Shown one piece after another: positions 30,663 through 48,627 of a DNA stretch of 64,000 nucleotides. Location of the stretch: the NCBI RefSeq assembly GCF_009914755.1, contig NC_060943.1. One strand, given 5' to 3'. The notes beneath the pieces were generated by a model. The model saw only the letters and a program-made list of their open reading frames with translations, was not told the origin of the DNA and ran no database searches. A program made the position numbers and the translations under genes. Numbering within the stretch: the stretch's first letter is position 1; each line of letters opens with the position of its first letter. This stretch comes from the human T2T-CHM13v2.0 reference genome, Homo sapiens.

Positions 30663-32008
30663 TCATCTCAAAAATAAAAAGGCCAGATGCAGCAGCTGAC
30701 ACCTGTAATCCTAACACTTTGGGAGGCTGAGGCGGGAGGATCACTTGAACGAGACCAACCTGGCAACATGACAAAACCCCATCTCTTCAAAAATCCAAAA
30801 ATTAGCCAGGCGTGGTGGTGGTGCTCCTGTAGTCCCAGCTACTCAGGAGGCTGAGATGGGAGGATCACTTGAGCCCAGGAAGTAGAGGCTGTGGTGAGCT
30901 GAGACTGCACCACTGCACTCCAGCCTGGGCAACAGAGTGAGGGGACCCTACTCAAAAAAAAAAGAAGAAGAAAAAGAGATTAGCCACAGAGAGGTGAAGT
31001 GAGTTGCCCAAGGCAGCTCAGCCCATGAGGTCTGAGGCCCAAGCCAGAGTCTCCCCCAGGCAAACACAAAGGCCTTGCTTGAATTAAGTCACAACAAAGA
31101 GTCCTGATTCTCTCACTCCCAACTCATCTCCATGTGCTGTGCTGGAGAGTTGCCTCTCCTAGCATCTTCACATGATTAAGGAGGGCTATTATGCCCATTG
31201 CACAGATGCAGAACTGAGGCTCAGAGAGGCTGAGCAACTCACCTTAGGACACACAGCAGGTGAGTGAGAAGCAGGGCTCCACGTGTCTCCTGCTTAGACC
31301 TTGTTGACCACAGAGGGCAGACGAGGCGCTGCTGTTGCCGAGGAGGAGCAGGGGGGTGAGAGAGGCACCCAGGGTGAGCCTGGGGTTATCTAGCCCAGCT
31401 GGGCCAGGGCAATAGGCCCTTGGGGAGGCCCCCAGTAGGATCTGGGCCCTTTCTGCCTGAAAGGAGAGGAGGAAGTAGTTTTGTTTGTCTGCCTGGGGTA
31501 CGAGCACACGGCCAGAGCTGGCCAATCTGTTAGGCACACAGGGCCTGCACCCAGGACCCAAGTGCTGTGTGGGACTTCCCAAAGGGCTTCAGCTTATTTA
31601 AAATCAGAAGAAAAAAAACTGAACATCCTAATAATAAATATACAATAAGGAATCCAGCCTGGACCACATCGGTCTTAATGCCAACACAGTTGTAAAATAG
31701 AATTTTAAGCTGGCACGGCGGCCCACACCTGTAATCCCAGCACTTTGGGAGGCTGAGGCGGGTGGATCACCTGAGGTCAGGAGTTTGAGACCAGCCTGGC
31801 CAACATAGTGAAACCTTGTCTCTACTAAAAATACAAACATTAGCCAGGCGTGTTGGTGGGCACCTCTAATCCCAGCTACTCAGGAGGCTGAGGCAGGAGA
31901 GTCACTTGAACCAAGGTGGGCGGATCGCTTGAGCCCCAGGAGTTTGAGACCAGCCTGGGCAACACAGCAAGATCCCATCTCCAAAAAAAATATTTTTTTA
32001 ATTAGTCA

Positions 32009-32149
<141 letters not shown>

Positions 32150-32547
32150 CTAAAATAGGTTAGTCAATTAATAAAAATATTTTAAAATATTTTATAATGG
32201 AGGAAGTCCTGGTGTGGACCTATGCGTGCCATGAGACCCCAGCCTGTCCAGGCTCAATTCAGTTTCAAGGCCTTTGTGCCTGCTCTTCCCTCCCCCAGCC
32301 TGGGCAATATAGCAAGACCCCATCTCTACAAAAAAATATACTCTTTCTGCACTACGCACTCCCCAAATCAAGATGATTCCTTCTCACCCTCAAATGCCCC
32401 TTCCTTCACGTCAGTTAGGTCACCTCTGTGGGTTTGTGCAACTGCTGTTCCCACTTCCTGTTTCCCCTTTGGATTTTTTTGTTTGTTTGGGGTTTTTTGT
32501 TTTTTTGTTTTGTTTTGTTTGGTTTTCGTTGGTTTTGTTTTGTTTGA

Positions 32548-33491
<944 letters not shown>

Positions 33492-33689
33492 TGATAGATT
33501 ATAGATGCCAGGAGTCAGGGGGCCTGCACCTGTCTCCGTGTCACCCCTGTGTCCTCCAAACAGCAGGCACACAGTAGGTGCTCAATAACAACTTGCTGGG
33601 GGCAAGACAGGAGCAAGCTGTCTCTGCACCTGTGGCACCAGATGCTTTGTTGGACTGCAGACAGGGTGACTTGAGCTGTCCTTGTTCCG

Positions 33690-33790
33690 CCCCCAGGGCT
33701 CACCTGCTTGAGGAAACAGGAACTGCCTCGGGGCAGCCAGCCCCGCCCCATTGACGTGCAGACCTTGAATCGAAACCCAGGCTCCTGCAG
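33690..33790 (+). promoter_or_regulatory. HSH2D: Proximal HSH2D promoter
   Basis: Compact cluster: E-box CACCTG 33701, ETS cores GAGGAA 33710 and CAGGAA 33717, GC box 33741, CRE-like TGACGT 33752, IRF-like GAATCGAAAC 33767; lies just upstream of a strong donor. Confidence 0.65.
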
Positions 33791-33839
33791 GCACTGGCAC
33801 AGCTACAGCGAGGGCCTCGGCCATCCAAGGGTCTCCCAG
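33750..33839 (+). other. HSH2D: HSH2D non-coding leader exon (5' end approximate)
   Basis: Donor CAG|gtatgt at 33839/33840; the first coding exon has an acceptor upstream of its ATG, so an upstream exon is required. Confidence 0.65.
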
Positions 33840-34713
33840 GTATGTGACCCAAGAGCCTCAGCCCTCGAGGAGACAGAACGTGGGGGCTGGGCTAGGCCAG
33901 AAGGAGGGACAGGGCTAGTGGGGCCTGGGGTGGCAGGAGGGATTTTCTGGGGGCATGGGGGAGAGCTTCGTGGAGGAGGGGGTATTTGTGGTGACCACAA
34001 ATGGAAAATGGAGCTGGAGTTAGGGAAAAGGGGGTCTTGGCAAGACAACAGCATGAGCAAAGGTATGGAGAGGCAAGAGAGAGAGAGCAAGGATGTCTTT
34101 AGGTCTAGAATGTGGGTAGCGGGGAAGTAGAGGAGGCTCCCAGGCCAGGGTCAGGAGCTTGAATTTGAGCATGCGGTCTTTCATCACTAGATAGCTGTTC
34201 ACCAGCAAAGACCCTTGCACCCTCCTCTGTGCCAGGCCAGCACCAGGACACAGAAAAAAACAACAACACAGGAACCTAGCCCTAAGCCCTGATCCCTAGG
34301 AGGCCCTCAGGCTGGTGGAGACAGAGCAAGATAAAGACACTCTAGCTCCATGGAGTCATGGCTGGACCAGAGAGAGGAACAGGGGGGAACGTTGGGGACA
34401 GAGAGGGGTGCCAGGGTGTTGTCTGGGGGGAGATGCAGGAAAGCTGCCTGGAGGAGGGGACATTTTTACTGGGTTTTGAAGGATAAATAGGAGCTCTTCC
34501 AAGTAAAAAAAAAGAATAAGCCTGTAAACATTACCCCATGATAGGTCACAACTGGATTCATGAATATTGTATATATATCTCTATATATACACAGTGCTAG
34601 CTAAACTTTCCTAGGTAAATATCATTATTCCCAAATTAAAGACAGAAATACAGGGACAGAGAGCCATTAAGTGACTTATCTGAGGTCACACAGCGGCTAA
34701 GTGGGCGAGCTAG

Positions 34714-34962
<249 letters not shown>

Positions 34963-35123
34963 TAGCCAGGATGGTCTCAATCTCCTGACCTCGTGATCTG
35001 CCTGCCTCAGCCTCCCAAAGTGCTGAGATTACAGGCATGAGCCACCGCACCTGTCCCAGGCTCTTTTTTTGTTGTTGGTGGTGATGGGTTTTTTTTTTGG
35101 GGTTTTTTTTTTTTTTTTTGTGA

Positions 35124-35535
<412 letters not shown>

Positions 35536-35800
35536 TGACAGTGCTGGGATTACAGGTGTGAGCTACTGCACCCAGCCTCCAATTCCAGGCTCTTAATCAT
35601 TTTGTCACCCTGCTTTATTAAACATTTCTTAATACAGTTATTTAATTTTGGTTGCCCCAGAATTCCCTCAGGCCATACCCCAGAGGGTATGCTTGACATC
35701 TGGTTGGAGAAAGTCAATATTGACTGCCATTGGTCAACAGACCCCGCCTCCTCATAGAGACAGCCCAGTAAAAAGATCTTTTGAGATATTGAAACATTAG

Positions 35801-35923
<123 letters not shown>

Positions 35924-36034
35924 TGAGGTCAGGATTTGGAGACCAGCCTGGCCAACATGGTGAAACCCCATCCCTGCTAAAAATACAAAAATGATCCAGG
36001 CGTGGTGGCACATGCCTGTAATCCCAGCTATTCA

Positions 36035-36196
<162 letters not shown>

Positions 36197-37017
36197 CTAG
36201 CAAGATACAATCCTTTGGCTTGTCTTACACTCACTTAATAATGTTTTGCAAAACGGTGCTGCTTTCTCTCTCCAGCTCTGTCATTGGTACACAAAGTCCC
36301 ATGGTACCGCTTGCTTAAAATTGTCAAGAAAGTGTGTGAATTAATGATGCATCTGACATATCGTAGGTGTGCCATGAGTGGCTACAACGTGTAGTGACGT
36401 TGGTGGCAGAAGTGACTGTCTGAAGCCACATTTCTCTGGTGTTTAATGAAACCAAGGCAGCCAGGCACTGTGGCTCATGCCTGTGATCCCAGTATGTTGG
36501 GAGGCTGAGGTGTTAGGATTGCTTGAGCCCAGGAGTTCAAAGCCAGACTGGACAACAGAGCAAGACCCTGTTTCTACAAAAAAATTTTCAAAATTAGCCA
36601 GGCATGGTACTGCATGCCTGTAGTCCCAACTACTCAGGAGGTTGAAGTGGGAGGATTGCTTGAGCCTAGGAGGTTGAGGCTGCAGTGAGCATGAGCTGTG
36701 ATTGCACCATTGCACACTCCAGCCTCAGGAACAGAGGGAAACCCTGTCTCAAAAAAAAAGAAAGAAAGAAATCAGGGCAACCCTTTTTGACCACCACCGT
36801 TGGGTCAGCTGTTTATTTCGTTCACTTGCCATTTTGTCATTTCCTTATTCCTCCAGGGGCCTTGATATTTACTTAATATTTAAATACTCTACTCTTTTTT
36901 TTTTTTTTGAGATGGAGTCTCACTCTGCCCCCCAGGCTGGAGTGCAATGGCGCGATCTTGGCTCACTGCAACCTCTGCCTCCTGAGTTCTAGCAATTCTC
37001 CTGCCTCAGCCTCCTGA

Positions 37018-37262
<245 letters not shown>

Positions 37263-37385
37263 TAAAAGGCTGGGCACAATGGCTCACACCTGTAATGCTA
37301 GCACTTTGGGAGGCTGACACAGGTGGATTTCTTGAGTCCAGGAGTTTGAGACCAATGTGGGCAGCAAGGTGAAACCCCATCTCTA

Positions 37386-38738
<1,353 letters not shown>

Positions 38739-38815
38739 TAAGAGGTGCATCAAGCTTGATTCTTGTCTTCCCTCCCTTCTCTACCCAGGTGACCTTCCCT
38801 CCACCCCAGGAAGCT

Positions 38816-38940
38816 ATGACAGAGGCCGGGAAGCTGCCCCTACCGCTACCCCCACGGCTGGACTGGTTTGTGCACACCCAGATGGGCCAGCTGGCCCAAG
38901 ACGGGGTCCCCGAGTGGTTCCATGGTGCAATCTCAAGAGA
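38816..38940 (+). CDS. HSH2D: HSH2D coding exon 1 (MTEAGKLPLPLPPRLDWF...PEWFHGAISRE), Pro-rich segment + SH2 start
   Basis: Acceptor at 38788 (alternative 38809); gctATGa start; WFHGAISR SH2 signature; GA|gtgagg donor; 125 nt. Confidence 0.95.
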
Positions 38941-40440
38941 GTGAGGACACACCCACACCCTCCACCCTGCCCTCCCCACCCTGTCCTTGTCTGTCCCTAC
39001 CCTGGGCAGCTTTTAACTGCAGAATTCTGGACTTGGCTCAGCTCAGTGTGGCAAGAGGCTAAAATGAGCTCCAGGCTCCCAGGCTTGAATCCTGCCACCT
39101 CTTTGGGCTCACTGTGTGACCTGGGGCAAGTTACTTGCTCTCTCTGAGCCTCAGCTTTCTCTATACAAGTGGCCAACAGACCAGCACTGCCAGGGACCTG
39201 GCAGCACCCCACACCTCGCCCAGGCCAAGCATTACCAATCAACGATGGCAGCATGCAGCCTCAGAATCTTTCTCTCTTTCTTTTTGAGACAGGGTCTCAC
39301 TCTGTCACCCAGGCTGGAGTGCAGTGGTGCAATCTTGGCTCACTGCAACCTCTGCCTCCCGGACTCAAGTGATTCTTCCGCCTCAACTTGCTAAGTAGCT
39401 GGGATTACAGGCACATGCCACCAAGCCTGACTAATTTTTGTGTTTATAGTAGAGATAGGGTTTCACCATGTTGGCCAGGCTGGTCTCAAACTCCTGGCCT
39501 CAAGTGATTCACCCGCCTCGGCCTCCCGAAGTGCTGGGATTACAGGCGTGAGCCACCGCACCCGGCCAGAATCTTTCTGAACACAGTACTCCAAGCAGCT
39601 GCTCTCAACCCATCAGGATACAACCAATGTGCCCTTTCTTTTTTTTTCTTTTTCTATTTTTTTTTTTTGAGACAGAGTTCCGCTCCTGTTGCCCAGGCTG
39701 GTGTGTAGTGGCGCGATCTCGGCTCACTGCAGCCTCTATCTCCTGGGTTCAAGCAATCCTCCTGCCTCATGAGTAGCTGGGACTACAGGCATGCACCACC
39801 GCACCCGGCTAATATTTGTATTTTTAGTAGAGACGAGGTTTCACCATGTTGGCCAGGCTAGTCTCAAACTCCTGACCTCAAGTGATCTGCCGGCCTCGGC
39901 CTCCCAAAGTGCTGGGATTACAGGCATGAGCCACCGTGCCTGGCCCCAATGTGCCCTTTCTACCTCAGACTGTGAGCTCTGAGGATGTGGGCCCGGCTCT
40001 AACTAAATGGAGGAAAAAATATTTATGGCCACTCTCTGCATGCAGGAAATTGAGAAAATTCTGTGAAGGCCACAGAGAGGAAGTAGTATTGGTCATGGTT
40101 TCTGAGCTCTGGGGCCTTGCTGAATAACAGAAATATAACATGAGTTGCACATTGCAATTTAAAAAAATTTTAGTAGTTATATTAAAAGAAGCAGCTGGCT
40201 GCACTGGCACTTACCTTTAATCCCAGCTACTTGGAATGCTGAGGCGGGAGGATCGCTTGAGCCCAGGAGTTCAAGGCTGGCCTGGACAACATAGTGAGAC
40301 TCCATCTCTAAAAGGAATTTTAGGCTGGGTGCAGTGGCTCATGCTTGTAATCCCAGCACTTTGGGAGGCCGAGGCTGGCAGACCACCTGAGGTCAGGAGT
40401 TTGAGACCAGCCTGGACAACATGGTGAAACCTTGTGTCTA

Positions 40441-40602
<162 letters not shown>

Positions 40603-40856
40603 TCAAAAAAAAAAAAATTAACTGGGCACGGTGGCACGTGCCTGTAATCCCAGCTACTCGGGTGGCTGAGGCAGGAGACTTGCTGGAACCCTGCAGGCAG
40701 AGATCATGCCACTGCACTCCAGCCTGGGTGACAGAGCAAGATTCCAGCTCAAAAAAAAAAAAAAATTAAAAAAATTAGCCAGGCGTGTGGAACATGCCTG
40801 TGGTTCTGGCTACTCAGGAGGCTGAGGTGGGAGGATCTCTTGAGCCCAGGAATTCA

Positions 40857-41388
<532 letters not shown>

Positions 41389-41881
41389 TCAAAAAAAAAA
41401 AAAAAAAGAGAGAGAGAGAGAATAATAGTAATAATAACAGCAAACATTTTGGGAGCACTTACCAGGTAGCAGCTGTCATGCTTATGTTGCAAGTTCTTTC
41501 TGTTCTCACAGCAGCCTTGGAAGTGGAGTTTACTCTCCCCTTGAGGAAGCTGAAGGTCAGAAAGGGAGAGACGATTGCCTGAGGTCACACAGCTGATGGA
41601 CAGTAGAGCTGGGTTATGAACTCGAATGCATCTGAGCATACAGGTCCTTCTTTGTTACTTGTGACACCTTGATCCACCCAAAGGTGCCTTAATCGGGGGA
41701 TTCCAGGCATTGGGAAGGGGCTGTGGGAGATGGGAGGAGGTCTGGCCTGAGATCAAGGTCATCAGACGCCTCCTAGCTCCTCGGGGGGAACATCCCTAAT
41801 CCCTGAATAGCCCAAGGTCTGCCACAGCTGAAAAAAAAAAAAAAAAAAAAAAAAGATGGGTTTGGGGTGTTTGTTCATTTA

Positions 41882-42058
<177 letters not shown>

Positions 42059-42263
42059 CTACTCAGGAGGCTGAGGCAAGAGAATCACCTGAACCCAGGA
42101 GGTTGAGGCTGCAGTAAGCCAAGGTCACGCCATTGCACTCAGCCTGGGAGACAGAGCGAGACTCTGTCTCAACAAAAAAAAAAAAAAAAAGGAAAAAAGA
42201 GGCCGGGCACGGTGGCTCACACCTATAATCCCAGCACTTTGGGAGGCCGAGGTGGGCGGATCA

Positions 42264-42706
<443 letters not shown>

Positions 42707-43107
42707 GTAAGGCCTGGGCCGGGATCCAGGGCAGGGGCAGGTGGGCTCTTGGGTTTCCTTGGAGGGGGCAAGGGGTGCTTCATGTCATAGCTTCTCAGAA
42801 AGCAGCAGTAACTGAGGCTGTGGATCTGAGAACGGGAGCTGCTAGCCAAGCAATGAGTGAAGCTTTTGTCCGTAGTGGCATGTTTTATCTGAGGCCAGCC
42901 TTTGTACTCCTGTGTTATAAATGGGGGAAACTGAGGCACAGCGAGGTTAGTAACCTGCTGGGTGTTGCATGGCCAGTGAGTGAAGAAGCCTGCATGGGAA
43001 CCTGGGGTAGTCTGGCTGTAGCAGTGACGCTGCCGGCCCAAGGGCTGGGGACTTGGGGCAGGGATGAGGGGGAGTAGGATGTCCCAGCCCCCGCAGTGTC
43101 TCCGCAG

Positions 43108-43273
43108 AGCCCAAAGCAGCTGCTGCCATTTCATGGTGAAGCTCTTGGATGATGGGACTTTCATGATCCCCGGGGAGAAGGTGGCCCACACCTCGCTGGA
43201 CGCCCTGGTCACCTTCCACCAGCAGAAGCCAATTGAGCCGCGCAGGGAGCTGCTGACACAGCCCTGCAGGCAG
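43108..43273 (+). CDS. HSH2D: HSH2D coding exon 3 (AQSSCCHFMVKLLDDGTF...ELLTQPCRQ), SH2 C-terminal half
   Basis: ccgcag acceptor, CAG|gtgagg donor; 166 nt; restores phase 0. Confidence 0.95.
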
Positions 43274-43550
43274 GTGAGGGCGGGGACCCACAAGGTTCAC
43301 AGCCATTTCCTTGGGGCCAAGCCCCCCAGACCCCTTTGTTTCCCACGCCCCCATCAGCTCCTCTTGATTCTGTCACTCTCATGGTCCTTGGCCCCTCCGG
43401 CCCCACCCCAGTAGTCCCTCTGCCCCCCACAGCGGTCTCCGTTGTGGTTCCTGCTTCCCCATGGCTCCGCCCTCCAGGCCCATGTCAACAGGCTGATTTT
43501 TTATAAGGGTTCATGTGCCAGGTATAATCTTGGCTCATCTGAAGGAATGA

Positions 43551-44368
43551 CATCTTTCCTTAGAAGGCTCGGTGGGCGTGGCCTGGCTCCCAATACGCTT
43601 TCCTTAGAAGGCTCAGTGGGTGTGGCCTGGCTCCCAATAAACTGCTGTGGGTGGAGCATCTTTCCTTAGAAGGCTCAGTGGGTGTGGCCTGGCTCCCAAT
43701 AAACTGCTGTGGGTGGAGCATCTTTCCTTAGAAGCTCGGTGGGCGTGGCCTGGCTCCCAATACGCTTTCCTTAGAAGGCTCAGTGGGTGGCCTGGCTCCC
43801 AATAAACTGCTGTGGGCAGGGCATGTTTCCTTAGAAGGCCCAGTGGGCGTGGCCTAGCCCCTAAGAAACTGCTGAGGGGGGTTATCTCTCCTTAGAAGGC
43901 TCAGTGGGTGTGGCCTAGCTCCCAATAAACTGCTGTGGGCGGGGCATCTTTCCTTAGAAGGCTCAGTGGGTGTTGCCTAGTCCCCAAGAAACTGCTGTGG
44001 GCAGGGCATCTTTCCTTATAGGGCTTGGTGTGCCTGGCCTAGCTCCCAAGAAATTGTGGTAGGTGGGGCATCTTTCCTTAGAAGGCTCAGTGGGTGTGGC
44101 CTAGCTCCCAAGAAACTGCTGTGGGTGGGGCATCTTTCCTTATAGGACTCAGTGGGCCTGACCTAGCGCCCAAGAAACTGTTGTGGGCGGGGCATCTTTC
44201 CTTAGAAGGCTCAGTGGGTGTGGCCTAGCTCCCAAGAACGTGCTATGGGCGGGGCATCTTTCTTTAGAAGGCTCAGTGGGTGTGTCCCAATCCCTAAGAA
44301 ATGGCTGTGGGTGGGGCATATTTTCTTATAACGCTTAGTGGGCGTGGCCTAGGTACTAAGAAACTGCT
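43551..44368. repeat. Minisatellite/VNTR, 14 units, 62-bp period (two 43-44 bp deleted units)
   Basis: Unit catctttccttagaaggctcagtgggtgtggcctagctcccaagaaactgctgtgggcgggg; anchors at 43556, 43600, 43662, 43724, 43767, 43827, 43888, 43950, 44012, 44074, 44136, 44198, 44260, 44322. Confidence 0.97.
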
Positions 44369-44463
44369 ATTCAAGGGATGGTCCCTGAGACCTGCCTTCC
44401 AGGGTCCGTGCAGGACCTTTCCCCCTCCCTAGTGCTGAGCTACAGGCCCCTTCCGCCCTGCAG

Positions 44464-44556
44464 AAGGATCCCGCAAACGTGGATTACGAGGATCTCTTCC
44501 TCTACTCCAACGCAGTGGCCGAGGAAGCTGCCTGCCCGGTGTCTGCCCCTGAGGAG
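44464..44556 (+). CDS. HSH2D: HSH2D coding exon 4 (KDPANVDYEDLFLYSNAVAEEAACPVSAPEE)
   Basis: ctgcag acceptor, GAG|gtatgt donor; 93 nt. Confidence 0.93.
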
Positions 44557-46155
44557 GTATGTATATGACAGGAGGCTGGCACCTCCCACCTGGCTGAGGG
44601 GCAGGAGTGGAGGTGGTCAACAGCTTCCAGAGGAGGCTCCTTCTAGAATGAGAATGCGATCCTACAGCTTGGTGCTTTAAACCTTTCCAGTGCTTTTGCA
44701 ACACCGAGATTAAAATTCAAACTACAATCTGAGGTCCTCTTTCTGCCTGTCACCTACCCAGCGCCAGCCCTGCTGCCATACCGTCTGTTGTTCAGACACA
44801 CCAAGCTAGCCTCGGGGTCTCTGCGTGTGCCGGCCCCACCTCAGGTCCTTTGCACAAACTGTGTGCCCTGCCCCTAGATTTCCCATGTCTTCATTCATTT
44901 CTCCTTCAAGTGCCTCCTTCCCCAGGCCCCAGACCTAAAGCAACACCTTCTGGATTCTCCTTCACATTACCCTGTTTATTCACTGCAGCGGACTTCCCAA
45001 AAGTGTTCCTCAAAATCCTATTTACTTATGGGTTTACATGCTCCCTGGCTGCCTTTCCAGTCAGACTGTGAGCTCTGAGAGACTGGAGACTCCATCTGGC
45101 TTGTTTGCCTTTGCTTCTCCCACCCCTCTGAAAGGACCTGCCATATTGAAGGTGCTTAACTAATGAATCTGTGGAGTAGATGAATGAATGTATCACAGCA
45201 TCTTGGGGTTTGGGAGACCTTTAGGCACCCCTAGGTTGAAGTCTAAGTGCTCTCCAAGCCCCCTGCCCAGCAGGGGAAGTTATGACAGTGGTACAAATGA
45301 AACAGGCTGGTGTGATGGACATCAGTGGAGGTGGGGGGTGCAAGTGGGGGAAGGCAGTCAGGGAAGGCTTCCTAGAGGAGGTGGCTTATAGCTGAGATCT
45401 GCAAGGTGAGGAGGAGCCAGTCATACACACAGACACAGGGAGGACATTCCAGGCAGCGGGAATGGCACTTGCAAAAGTCCTGGGGCTTGGTGTGTTTGGA
45501 AAACAGAACAAAAAAAGCCAGCATATAGATGGATTGGGGTTAGTGAGAGAGAGATTGTCAGAAGTTGAAGCCCCAGGGTCAGGAAGGGCCAATAGTGCAG
45601 GGCCTTGGAGCCAAGGTGAGGAGCTGGGATTCTAGTCCAGTTGCACCAGGGAGGAGCCAAAGGAGAGTGTATGCATGGGAGGACTTTTTTTTTTTTTTTT
45701 TTTGAGACGGAGTCTTGCTTTGTCGACCAAGCTGGAGTGGAATGGCACAGTCTAGGCTCGCTGCAACCTCCGCCTCCCAGGTTCAAGCGATTCTCCTGCC
45801 TCAGCCTCCTGAGTAGCTGGGACTACAGGTGCGTGCTAATTTTTGTATTTTTAGTAGAGACGGGGTTTCACCATGTTGGCCAGACTGGTCTCAAACCCCT
45901 GACCTCATGATCCGCTCACCTCGGCCTCCCAAAGTGCTGGGATTATAGGCGTGAGCTACCACACCTGGCCGGAACTGGTGGTTTTAAATGTTTCCTGTGG
46001 CTACTGGCTGCAGAAGGGGCTTTCCTGGGCACTGGTGGAGATGGAAAGAAGGAGGAAGTGAGGTGGGGGTGGAGGACAGTGTCAAGGTGGGAGGGACAAA
46101 AATGAGAGCCCAGGTGTGGAAAGAAACATGGATATTTGGTCTGCGTAGTGGCTCA

Positions 46156-46582
<427 letters not shown>

Positions 46583-46851
46583 TGAAAATCAGATAAAATT
46601 CATATTTCCATGTTTATCAATAAAGCTATATTAGAACCCAGGCACGCTCATTGGTTCACGTGTGACCTCTGGCATCCGCTACAACAGCAGAGCTACATAA
46701 TTGAGACGGATGGTACAGCCTGCAAAGTTGAAATATTTACTCTCTGACTCTTTGTAAAAGAAGTTTGCCAGGCCAGGTGCGGTGGCTCTCATCTGTAATC
46801 CCAGCACTCTGGGAGGCCGAGGTGGGTGGATCACCTGAGGTAAGGAGTTCA

Positions 46852-47154
<303 letters not shown>

Positions 47155-47274
47155 TCACACGGGGACGTTTCTCAGCCACAGGGTGTCTGGGTGGAACCCA
47201 GGCTCCAATTTCTGGGACAGACATGGTGCTCTGGTGGGCAAGCTGCCCCAGGCCTCCCCTACTCTCATTTTCAG

Positions 47275-47859
47275 GCCTCCCCAAAGCCAGTCCTGTGTCA
47301 CCAATCAAAGGAAAGGAAGCCGTCAGCAGAGATGAACAGAATAACCACCAAGGAAGCCACTTCCTCCTGCCCCCCAAAATCCCCTCTTGGAGAGACCCGC
47401 CAGAAACTCTGGAGGAGCCTCAAAATGCTCCCCGAGAGAGGCCAGAGGGTCCGGCAGCAGCTAAAAAGCCACCTCGCCACTGTGAACTTGTCGTCACTCT
47501 TGGATGTCCGGAGATCCACGGTGATCTCAGGCCCTGGGACCGGAAAAGGCAGCCAAGATCACTCAGGGGATCCCACCTCGGGGGACAGAGGCTACACGGA
47601 TCCCTGTGTGGCCACATCTCTCAAAAGCCCCTCACAGCCCCAGGCACCAAAAGACAGAAAGGTCCCCACCAGGAAGGCCGAGAGGTCGGTCAGCTGCATT
47701 GAGGTGACCCCAGGGGACAGGAGTTGGCACCAAATGGTAGTGAGAGCCCTATCCTCCCAGGAGTCCAAGCCAGAGCACCAGGGCTTGGCAGAGCCTGAGA
47801 ACGACCAGCTCCCGGAGGAGTACCAACAACCGCCACCCTTTGCCCCTGGGTACTGCTAG
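47275..47859 (+). CDS. HSH2D: HSH2D coding exon 5 (ASPKPVLCHQ...EEYQQPPPFAPGYC*)
   Basis: tttcag acceptor; 585 nt to TAG; total CDS 1059 nt = 352 aa, matching HSH2/ALX. Confidence 0.95.
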   Translation, partial: ASPKPVLCHQSKERKPSAEMNRITTKEATSSCPPKSPLGETRQKLWRSLKMLPERGQRVRQQLKSHLATVNLSSLLDVRRSTVISGPGTGKGSQDHSGDPTSGDRGYTDPCVATSLKSPSQPQAPKDRKVPTRKAERSVSCIEVTPGDRSWHQMVVRALSSQESKPEHQGLAEPENDQLPEEYQQPPPFAPGYC

Positions 47860-47982
47860 AGAACAGGTCCACCCTGGCTCTGGGACTCGCTGCCAGGGGC
47901 TGCCACACTCCTGAATGCCTTAACATTTCTTCCATGGCCCCACACCATGGCATCCGGGGGTCTTCGGGAACCCGGGAAATGG

Positions 47983-47988
47983 AATAAA
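47983..47988 (+). terminator. HSH2D: HSH2D proximal polyadenylation signal AATAAA
   Basis: Canonical hexamer 124 nt after the stop, followed by GT-rich sequence (tgtttttgggggtctgtt). Confidence 0.75.
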
Positions 47989-48282
47989 GATGTTTTTGGG
48001 GTCTGTTCCTGCACTCACCCATGGGGTGAGCTGGTTATTTTAGCAACAATCATCAGAGTGACGCTGATGGTTTGGGGCACCAGCTATACATCAGCCCCAG
48101 TGCCAGACCTTCTATTCATTATTTTACGCCTCAGAGCAAGGCCCTCAGGGAGGGTCATCCTCCATGTTTTGAAGAAGAGACTGAGGTTCAGAGAGGATAA
48201 GAGGCGTGACCAAGGCCACAGAGCTATGGGTGTCAGCACCAGGATTTGAAGCCAGGTGAATCCGAGCCCTTTTCCCATATCA

Positions 48283-48627
<345 letters not shown>

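Noticed and set aside
43551-44368. Regularly spaced repeats resembling a CRISPR array
   Set aside because: Whole units repeat head-to-tail with no unique spacers, in a human intron with no cas genes; it is a minisatellite
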